Of a DNA stretch of 60,839 nucleotides, positions 35,257-42,279 are shown one piece after another. The notes under the pieces are model-generated. The model was not told the origin of the DNA. It did not search any database and was given only the letters and a program-made list of their open reading frames with translations. The DNA comes from an uncultured Pseudomonadales bacterium. GTDB taxonomy: Bacteria > Patescibacteriota > Microgenomatia > UBA1400 > PJMF01. Numbering within the stretch: position 1 is the first letter of the stretch; every line of letters starts with the position of its first letter. The translations under genes were made by a program, and so were the position numbers. The stretch spans positions 11,421-72,259 of the forward strand of contig CAZKSJ010000001.1 in assembly GCA_964555515.1 (NCBI GenBank), written 5' to 3'.

Positions 35257-35284
35257 TTGGCGTAGTTGGGGGTGAAGTTACAAT
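35257..35284 (+). promoter_or_regulatory. Candidate promoter upstream of ccdA
   Basis: TTGGCG (35257-35262), a 16-nt spacer and TACAAT (35279-35284). The palindrome at 35297-35326 lies just downstream. Confidence 0.3.
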
Positions 35285-35296
35285 CGCTGTGATTAA

Positions 35297-35326
35297 GGTC
35301 ACCCACATTCTGGAATGTGGGTGACC
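35297..35326. promoter_or_regulatory. Perfect 14-bp-arm palindrome (operator or 5'-UTR hairpin) in a divergent intergenic region
   Basis: GGTCACCCACATTC-TG-GAATGTGGGTGACC with no mismatches and no adjacent U-tract on either strand. Confidence 0.5.
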
Positions 35327-35371
35327 TATGCACATTAAAAAAACACCGGCTGAAGCTGATATAATGAGGAA

Positions 35372-36130
35372 ATGCTTGCCTTTCCCCTCGATGGCTCTAA
35401 TGTGAATTTATTGATTGCTTTCATCGCTGGGTTTGTCACCTTCTTTGCTTCCTGTTTGCTACCACTGATCCCTACCTATTTAGCTTATTTGTCTGGTATA
35501 GCAATCAATGGTCAACACGACCAAAAGTCAGACATCCACCGCTGGCAAATTGTCAAAGTAGCCATGTTATTCGTCCTAGGCTTTGTCGCAACTTTTACGA
35601 TTCTCGGGCTAGCTTTGATTGGGCTGCAGACCTTTACCAATGGCTATCGAGAAGTTATTCAACGCTTGGCAGGATTATTCTTTATTGTGCTTGGTTTATT
35701 TATGCTAGGGTTATTCCGCTTGCCTTGGTTTAATCAAGATCATCGATTAAAAATTGATCATGCTTTCATAAAACACCGCAGCCTACACGCCTTAGCAATG
35801 GGAATAGCATTTGGATTTGGGTGGACGCCATGCATTGGTCCTGTTCTAGCCGTGATTTTATTCTGGGCAAGCCAAGCTGCTTCTCAATGGCAAGGCATTC
35901 TGTTGCTGATCACATATGGTTTAGGCTTAGGCCTACCTTTTATCCTGATTGCCGTGGCATTTGAAAAATTATTACCACTCATCAAGAAATCACAACAGTT
36001 TAGTTACTATCTAAATGTCATCGCGGCCGTAATCATTATCATCGTGGGTGGATTATTACTCACCAACCAATTTCACGTCGCCTCAGGATACCTACTAAAA
36101 CTATTTAGCATCTCAAGTCTTTCTGTCTGA
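35372..36130 (+). CDS. ccdA: Cytochrome c biogenesis / thiol-disulfide electron transfer membrane protein CcdA (DsbD family)
   Basis: Conserved Cys motifs FFASCLLPLIPTYLAYLSG and GWTPCIGPVLA. 6 or more TM segments. Confidence 0.85.
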   Translation: MLAFPLDGSNVNLLIAFIAGFVTFFASCLLPLIPTYLAYLSGIAINGQHDQKSDIHRWQIVKVAMLFVLGFVATFTILGLALIGLQTFTNGYREVIQRLAGLFFIVLGLFMLGLFRLPWFNQDHRLKIDHAFIKHRSLHALAMGIAFGFGWTPCIGPVLAVILFWASQAASQWQGILLLITYGLGLGLPFILIAVAFEKLLPLIKKSQQFSYYLNVIAAVIIIIVGGLLLTNQFHVASGYLLKLFSISSLSV

Positions 36131-36213
36131 AAAGAGTAATGTAAATTCTCGAGAGCAGCAGAACTACCCTCAAAATAAATACACTACCTTTCTACTTCTT
36201 AACAAAATCGTCT

Positions 36214-36252
36214 TTAGCAGTCGTTGACATTGTCTGCCAATTTTGCTATTAT
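36214..36252 (+). promoter_or_regulatory. hsp20 promoter (TTGACA-N17-TATTAT) overlapped by a degenerate CIRCE-like inverted repeat
   Basis: TTGACA at 36224-36229 and TATTAT at 36247-36252. TTAGCAGTC-N9-GTCTGCCAA (36214-36240) compares with CIRCE TTAGCACTC-N9-GAGTGCTAA at 8/9 and 6/9 matches. Confidence 0.5.
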
Positions 36253-36301
36253 TTAGCCGAGTAGAAAAATTTATCGCTGCTTAAGCGGGAAAGGAAACAT
36301 C

Positions 36302-36724
36302 ATGTCAATCATTAGGTGGAACCCTTCAATCGGTGCACTCAGTCGGTGGCCAAGCACTTGGGATGAGGAGGATTTCCCAAGCTTCAGCGGAGCCAACAAC
36401 CTTGATGTCTATGAAACTCAAGATGAAGTCGTGGTAAAAGCCAACGTAGCAGGTGTGCCAGCAGACAAAGTAGATGTTACATATGACAAGGGTGTGTTAT
36501 GGATTCAAGCCAATGCCCAAGAATCATCTACCGAAGGAAAGAAACACTACAGCCGTTCCTCATGGAGTTATTCTTATAAAGTGTCTGTGCCAGGAGAAAT
36601 TGATGTCAATCTTGAGCCATCGGCAGAGGTTGAGGATGGAGTTATTAAAGTTACGTTCAAAAAATCGCCTGCTTCAAAACCAAAGAAACTACAGGTTTCA
36701 CAAAAAGGAAAGAGCAAGTCTTAG
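36302..36724 (+). CDS. Small heat-shock protein, Hsp20/alpha-crystallin family
   Basis: DVYETQDEVVVKANVAGVPADKVDVTYDKGVLWIQA...SYSYKVSVPGEID...EDGVIKVTFKK. Confidence 0.9.
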   Translation: MSIIRWNPSIGALSRWPSTWDEEDFPSFSGANNLDVYETQDEVVVKANVAGVPADKVDVTYDKGVLWIQANAQESSTEGKKHYSRSSWSYSYKVSVPGEIDVNLEPSAEVEDGVIKVTFKKSPASKPKKLQVSQKGKSKS

Positions 36725-36739
36725 CCAAGACTTGCTCTT
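36710..36739. terminator. Hairpin terminator between convergent hsp20 and the cytochrome-b5-like gene
   Basis: AAGAGCAAGTCTT-AGCC-AAGACTTGCTCTT is a perfect 13-bp stem overlapping the hsp20 stop. It is followed by a T-rich tract. Confidence 0.6.
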
Positions 36740-36770
36740 TAAGTTCTATTTGAAATCAAAACTTAGGAGG

Positions 36771-37268
36771 TTATTCTGCTCCCAAAGTACCGATTAAGTA
36801 CTGCGGTAGGAATGATCTGGCCGTGCTTGAGTGTGGTTCGCCATCTTTTGGCCGTTGATTAAAGATGGCGGTGGCATCTGTCCCACACCCTTGTAAAATT
36901 GCCTCTCCTCCCGGATGCTGCTGTGATTCGATAAAGGCAGTTACATCATAAACTTGATCTTCGATGACCAACCAACAATCTGTGGCCGTGGCGTGTTCCG
37001 CAACTTCTGCCAAACTATAAACCCCACCACCTGGCTCTTCCTGAGCTGCTGCCGCATCATCAGTTGGCTGTCCTGATTGACCTTGATCTAGATTGGCGTT
37101 CTCTAATTCAGCACCATTCAATTCATCATTAAAATTATTGACTGGCTGCCCTTGAACACCCCCATCTTCTACTGAGTCCAAATTGGAGGACTGACTTTGA
37201 CAAGCTGCCAGCAATAAACCTGTACAGAATACCAATAAACCCACACCCAAACTCTTTAATTTCATCAT
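36771..37268 (-). CDS. Lipoprotein with a cytochrome b5-like heme-binding domain
   Basis: Signal peptide with lipobox LLAAC, an acidic low-complexity linker, then DCWLVIEDQVYDVTAFIESQQHPGGEAILQGCGTDATAIF...GEPHSSTA (HPGG and second His). Confidence 0.75.
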   Translation of the reverse strand: MMKLKSLGVGLLVFCTGLLLAACQSQSSNLDSVEDGGVQGQPVNNFNDELNGAELENANLDQGQSGQPTDDAAAAQEEPGGGVYSLAEVAEHATATDCWLVIEDQVYDVTAFIESQQHPGGEAILQGCGTDATAIFNQRPKDGEPHSSTARSFLPQYLIGTLGAE

Positions 37269-37399
37269 GGTTCCCCTTGACGCTAATTTTTGATATCTTG
37301 CACTCTAGCAAAAATAATTTTTTTGACAAGCGGTTTTGATGTGATTGTTCAACTTCATTCAACACCACGAAGAATCTCCACTTATAATATGCAACCAGC

Positions 37400-38560
37400 A
37401 TGATAACAAGTCGTTTCCAAATTGTGATCGCTTTAGCAAGCTTGACCATATTTTTACTAGTTGTCTCGGTGACAGCTTTCTTATGGCTAAGTTACCAAAG
37501 AACAGTTGTTACTACTTCCACAACAGAGCAGAACTTGCCCCAATTAGCCTCCGATCTGCCCACACCCACTCCAGACCCGCTCGCCCCTTTTGGAGTGTTA
37601 CTCCTTGGTTACGGTGGAGCAGGGCACGAAGGAGGCAGCTTGACCGATACCATCATTCTTGCCTGGATTAACCCGAGAGCTAAAAATGTGCATCTCATCT
37701 CAATTCCACGCGATTTATGGGTGACCTTGCCCATCACCGACACAACAGATCAACCTATCTCTGAAAAAATCAATGCTGCTTTTGCTATCGGTAACGATGT
37801 TAAACAATATCCACATCGTGCTGAGCAATTTTCACAAGAGGGTGCTGGTGGCATGATTGCTATGCAAGTGGTATCAGAGATGACTGGCTTACCCATCAAT
37901 TACTTCATCGCCCTAGATTTTCAAGGATTTGAAAAAGCGGTTGATCGTTTAGGAGGCATTGATGTGGCTATTAAGACTGGTTTTGATGATCCATTGTATC
38001 CCCTTCCTGGTCAGGAGAATAATGCTTGTGATAAAAGTGAAGAGGAAATTGCAGCTTTAACAGCCACCTTGTCTGGCGAGAAACTTGATCAAGCCTTTAC
38101 CTGCCGTTACGAACATATTTACTTCGATGCAGGCAAACAACACCTTGATGGCACAACCGCTCTCAAGTTTGTGCGCTCCAGGCACTCTACTCAATCTGGC
38201 AATGATTTCGCCCGGGCAGAAAGACAACAATTAGTCATACAGGCTATCAAACAAAAAGTATTATCTCTCAGCATGATCCCCAAATTGTTTCCCCTCATCA
38301 ATGAGCTTTCTTATCACATCCAAACCAACATCGATGCTACGACTATTACTAGTTACAGTCAGGAATTGTCTGAATTGGACTCATATCAAATTAAAAAGCT
38401 GGTTTTGTCTGAAAAAAACGTTCTTAAAGCAGCTCGGAGTGATCGCGGTCAATACGTGTTACTCCCAAAATCAGACAATAATTGGCAAGAAGTTCACTCA
38501 TTTCTGACGACAGAAATCGGCACCACCCCAGATCTCACAACTGTTCCACCCTCACCCTAA
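37400..38560 (+). CDS. LytR-CpsA-Psr (LCP) family cell-wall glycopolymer ligase
   Basis: N-terminal TM helix, then LLLGYGGAGHEGGSLTDTIILAWINP, ISIPRDLWV, ALKFVRSRHS and FARAERQQ. Confidence 0.85.
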   Translation: MITSRFQIVIALASLTIFLLVVSVTAFLWLSYQRTVVTTSTTEQNLPQLASDLPTPTPDPLAPFGVLLLGYGGAGHEGGSLTDTIILAWINPRAKNVHLISIPRDLWVTLPITDTTDQPISEKINAAFAIGNDVKQYPHRAEQFSQEGAGGMIAMQVVSEMTGLPINYFIALDFQGFEKAVDRLGGIDVAIKTGFDDPLYPLPGQENNACDKSEEEIAALTATLSGEKLDQAFTCRYEHIYFDAGKQHLDGTTALKFVRSRHSTQSGNDFARAERQQLVIQAIKQKVLSLSMIPKLFPLINELSYHIQTNIDATTITSYSQELSELDSYQIKKLVLSEKNVLKAARSDRGQYVLLPKSDNNWQEVHSFLTTEIGTTPDLTTVPPSP

Positions 38561-38690
38561 CAAAATAAGCAATGTCAACGCCCTCTTTTAATTGCCCGTT
38601 AGACGGTTTTGTGGTACACTCTGATCAATTATTTTGATGTTATTGTTGATATATCTGAAAATATAAATACAACTACTTAATCGGCAATTA

Positions 38691-39404
38691 ATGGCAAGAT
38701 CAACAGTCGCTGCTTCACAAAAAAAACGCACACTTAGATTTATTCACTCTATTGGTCATGAGCTCAAACAACCGCTCAGCTTAATCAAAGCTTATACCTA
38801 CTACTTGAGTAAGTATCTACCGCCTGGAAACGATCAAGCACATCAATATCCCGATAAAATTAATCGTCAAGTAGATTTGTTGACAACGATGCTCAACGAC
38901 ATCGTGGAAACTTCTCGTCTTTCCACTTTGGAGATGAAGTTGTCCAAGCAAAAAATTGAGTTAGGGAAGTTCATTCAAAACCAAATCGCCGATCTCAAAT
39001 CAGCTTACCCTAATAGGAGTATTCAGCTTGAAACCAACCATTCACCAACTTGCATCCTAGGTGATCGGATGCGCCTGAGACAGGCTATCATGAATTTGCT
39101 GGTTAATGCAATTAATTACTCCGAAGAATCTGAGCCAATTTTTGTCACCATTAAACCAAACACCAAAACAATTTTGTTGTCTATAACTGATCGAGGGATT
39201 GGCATTCCACCGTCACAAATCAAACACATTTTTGAACCCTACTACCGCACCACTGGTTCAAAAAAAAGAGGGGTGAAGGGTTTGGGGCTAGGCCTAGCGA
39301 TTGTCAAAGAAATTTTGAGACTACACCATGCCAAAATATCGGTTCAGAGCAAAGTTAACAAAGGATCTACCTTCACGATTCATTTCCCCAAAAATTTAAA
39401 CTAG
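38691..39404 (+). CDS. Minimal soluble histidine kinase (HisKA + HATPase_c only)
   Basis: H-box FIHSIGHELKQPLS, N-box LLVNAINYS, and G-boxes DRGIGI and GLGLGLAIVK. No TM or sensor domain. Confidence 0.8.
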   Translation: MARSTVAASQKKRTLRFIHSIGHELKQPLSLIKAYTYYLSKYLPPGNDQAHQYPDKINRQVDLLTTMLNDIVETSRLSTLEMKLSKQKIELGKFIQNQIADLKSAYPNRSIQLETNHSPTCILGDRMRLRQAIMNLLVNAINYSEESEPIFVTIKPNTKTILLSITDRGIGIPPSQIKHIFEPYYRTTGSKKRGVKGLGLGLAIVKEILRLHHAKISVQSKVNKGSTFTIHFPKNLN

Positions 39405-39413
39405 AATTATTTT

Positions 39414-40091
39414 TTAATTCGCGGGAGTCTGCATCATGTAACCAAATCCTCTGATAGATTTGATGAATTTAGTTTGGCCATGCTCAATTTTTTTCCGCAA
39501 ATAGCCCACATAAACGTCCACTACTCTAGTTTCTATGTCTGGGTTGCTATTCCAAATTCTAGACAAAATCATCTCTCTACTCAGCACTTTGTCTGGATTA
39601 GACATAAAATATTCAAGCAACTTAAACTCTTGAGCCGAAAGAGTTATCATCTTGTCTGCTTGCATCACCTGGTGAGTAGTCAGGTTTAAACTTAAATCAC
39701 CAACTTGCAGTTTTTGGACTGTTTTGCCCTTTGACCGAAGGCGTGCTTTGATACGAGCCAGTAGTACTTCTGGCATGATTGGTTTGGGAATGTAGTCATC
39801 TGCCCCCAAGTTTAAACCTTGAGCAATGTCTTGAGGAGAACCTTGGGCAGTGATCATAATCACCTGAATTTGCGGATCATGTTCCTTGATTTTTTGACAA
39901 ATTGTCCGCCCATCTAGATCTGGCAAATTAAGATCAAGCAACACCAATTCTGGACTTACTTTTTCAACTGAGTTCAAACCACTCAGACCTCGATAATCTA
40001 CAAACACTTGAAAACCCTCGTCGACCAAGACGTCTTTAATAAAGTTCGCCATGTCCACTTCATCTTCAATTACTTGAATAATGCTATTCAT
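39414..40091 (-). CDS. OmpR/PhoB-family response regulator
   Basis: Receiver domain (ELVLLDLNLPDLDG and MITAQG), then winged helix LSAQEFKLLEYFMSNPDKVLSREMIL...VDVYVGYLRKKI...IKSIRGFGY. Confidence 0.9.
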   Translation of the reverse strand: MNSIIQVIEDEVDMANFIKDVLVDEGFQVFVDYRGLSGLNSVEKVSPELVLLDLNLPDLDGRTICQKIKEHDPQIQVIMITAQGSPQDIAQGLNLGADDYIPKPIMPEVLLARIKARLRSKGKTVQKLQVGDLSLNLTTHQVMQADKMITLSAQEFKLLEYFMSNPDKVLSREMILSRIWNSNPDIETRVVDVYVGYLRKKIEHGQTKFIKSIRGFGYMMQTPAN

Positions 40092-40215
40092 ACCCCTTGA
40101 TCTAAACTACCGAAATTATCAACCGTGATTTTGCAGAGTAGTATATCACCTCCTGAGCTGCTCGCTTGATTTCTGAGTTTAAAAATCGAACTTGACCATT
40201 TAATTAGTCTGATGA

Positions 40216-40695
40216 TTACTCTGATCTAACACTTACCCTCTGCACAATTGGCGCAGCCGCTTCTGTAAAACAAGCTTTAATTTCAACCATTTGTGGATTG
40301 ATCGCCCGAATAGCATATCCTGTTTTCTCAAGCCCGGGTGCTTCTGCATCAACAGGCAGCGAGATGTTTTCTGATAAGATCTCAGGCAGATTCAAGCATT
40401 GGGCATTTTCTAGTTGACAGTGTGCTGTCTGCAAATTGCATCCCTCCTGACCTGTCCCCAATTGTTGCCACGATTCTGAGATCAGGTCAATGTGGTTTTG
40501 GTCAAAATGATGATTGATGGTGCTCGCCAGATTTGTGACCGCTACCTGCCTGATTCGATCATGATTAGTGTCGATTTTTTCTTGAGGATCAACTTCGTCT
40601 AGCAATAAAAAAAATGCCCCACCCACCATAATAAATATAGCCAAGACCACTACCACAACTAACGATAATCCATTGGACACGTTATTAATTAACAA
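40216..40695 (-). CDS. Membrane-anchored Cys-containing hypothetical protein
   Basis: 159-aa ORF with an N-terminal TM helix (LSLVVVVVLAIFIMVGGAFFLLL) and 4 extracytoplasmic Cys. No recognised domain. Confidence 0.4.
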   Translation of the reverse strand: MLINNVSNGLSLVVVVVLAIFIMVGGAFFLLLDEVDPQEKIDTNHDRIRQVAVTNLASTINHHFDQNHIDLISESWQQLGTGQEGCNLQTAHCQLENAQCLNLPEILSENISLPVDAEAPGLEKTGYAIRAINPQMVEIKACFTEAAAPIVQRVSVRSE

Positions 40696-40756
40696 ATACT
40701 AACTCTAGGATATCAAGAAATATCAATCAAAACATCTTGCAAAATAATTCCGCGCC

Positions 40757-41053
40757 TTATGTTTTAGACTGTTTGTCCTGATAGACAGACAGCAACTGCC
40801 TACCCATATACTCCTGCCATGGCATATTTGTGCGATTTACTGCGAACTGCTTGTCTAATTCAAGCAAAATTTTTTGCAACTCATCTGGTTGAGGCTTAAA
40901 ACCCAACAATTCTGGTAAATCCGACACATCAAGCAACCATCGTGAATACCAAGTTTGCCAGTTATCCCCCTTGCCATCACTACCGGGATGAATGCCACGG
41001 TAAGATTCGTAAGTTTGAGCAAACAAATGAATGAACTCTGCTTCTGATAACAT
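40757..41053 (-). CDS. Hypothetical cytoplasmic protein
   Basis: 98-aa ORF with Trp-rich segments (DNWQTWYSRWLLD). No recognised motif. Confidence 0.4.
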   Translation of the reverse strand: MLSEAEFIHLFAQTYESYRGIHPGSDGKGDNWQTWYSRWLLDVSDLPELLGFKPQPDELQKILLELDKQFAVNRTNMPWQEYMGRQLLSVYQDKQSKT

Positions 41054-41390
41054 AGACGATCTATCCTGCCAATGTACTTGATAATGAGTGACTTCGCTTT
41101 CTATTAATATCCACTTAATATAACATCAATCTTTAATATTTTTCTATCATCATTTGATTGTTTAAGATTAGAACTATCATTAAATATTCTTCTAAATATC
41201 TCAATAATGCTCTCTCAATCAACCCTAAACTTAACTACAATCTCAACACTTACTCCATTCGAGACCAAACTTAATTCAACGCACTCTCTGCCATTTGCTC
41301 TTACTATTTTCTTACCCAATTTTACCGCTCCTGTCACGTTTAAAAAGTAGAGTCGTATCTAGTAATGAGTAGTAAACAACAAGGAGCGTT

Positions 41391-41570
41391 ATGTCAACTT
41401 CAGCAGGTAGAGATAGCAAGGGTAGATTTATAACTGGGTCAGATGTGGCTAAAATGGCCGGCAGAAAAGGCGGTAAAGCAGCACAAAAGGCTGGCAAAGC
41501 CCATCCTCTAACGAGTGAAGAAAGAGCCAAAGGTGGAGAAAATTCTCATGCTATTCCAAGCATGATGTAA
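41391..41570 (+). CDS. KGG-repeat general stress protein (YciG/con-10-like), 59 aa
   Basis: Below the ORF-track cutoff. AAGGAG lies 5 nt upstream of the ATG. Translation is MSTSAGRDSKGRFITGSDVAKMAGRKGGKAAQKAGKAHPLTSEERAKGGENSHAIPSMM, with two KGG motifs. Followed by a strong terminator. Confidence 0.7.
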   Translation: MSTSAGRDSKGRFITGSDVAKMAGRKGGKAAQKAGKAHPLTSEERAKGGENSHAIPSMM

Positions 41571-41593
41571 ACCTCATCGATAAAGCAACACAT

Positions 41594-41621
41594 AAAAAAG
41601 CCCCCCTAGTGGGGCTTTTTT
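41594..41621. terminator. Bidirectional rho-independent terminator
   Basis: AAAAAAGCCCC-CCTAGT-GGGGCTTTTTT lies between the convergent KGG gene and the ORF at 41606-42061, whose TAG stop sits in the loop. Confidence 0.7.
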
Positions 41622-42061
41622 ATTTGGGTAGTTTTAAAAAGATCCTCCAGAACCACTACGCTTTTTTTTAAGGCCGGCTCTAAATAACATCGATCTTGAT
41701 CGCTCACCTTAAGGGTAACTTTAAAACTCCCTACTGGATATTTCCACCAATTCCATTCCGTGAATCCCTCAAACTCAGCATCGATTGTTTCAGATTTAAT
41801 TTGACAAAGCTGATCAAGCACTAAGTGTTCAAACAGATGAGCAATTTCGGTATGCCTAACTTCTTCTGTAAATGCTAAATGATCATCGTTGAAGCAGGTA
41901 GTTTTTAAAACAGATGGCTGGTGGGTTTGTAAAAACTGCACGGTTTCTGGCAAACACTCGGTTGACCAACAAGACTCGGCAAAAGTCATGATCAACGTCA
42001 CTTGGTGAGAATCCAAGTGTGCTTTGTATTGAAAATTGGTAGATTGATAACTTCTCATCAT
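41606..42061 (-). CDS. Hypothetical protein with an HxxEH-containing helix
   Basis: 151-aa ORF containing the segment EEVRHTEIAHLFEHLVLDQLCQI. Function unknown. Confidence 0.45.
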   Translation of the reverse strand: MMRSYQSTNFQYKAHLDSHQVTLIMTFAESCWSTECLPETVQFLQTHQPSVLKTTCFNDDHLAFTEEVRHTEIAHLFEHLVLDQLCQIKSETIDAEFEGFTEWNWWKYPVGSFKVTLKVSDQDRCYLEPALKKSVVVLEDLFKTTQIKKPH

Positions 42062-42279
42062 TGCTTAACTTATTTATTACATTTTTCTTACAATGTTGAT
42101 TACCATGACAGATGTTTGTAGCTTCTGCAAGCCGTATGTGCCGCCTTAAACCCATCCTGGTGAAGCAGTTCTAAATTATTTCTCCAGGCTTGGCTCAATA
42201 TAACTAAGTTAATGGCAAATAAGTAATAGTCTGGTAATAGAATGACTGAAATAACAAAACGTCATATATAATCTAAGCC

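Noticed and set aside
41312-41530. 72-aa minus-strand ORF listed in the ORF track
   Set aside because: It is antisense to a better-supported plus-strand gene (41391-41570) that has an SD, KGG motifs and a terminator. Its own translation is Ala/Leu/Pro-rich with no motif, so it is most likely a shadow ORF.
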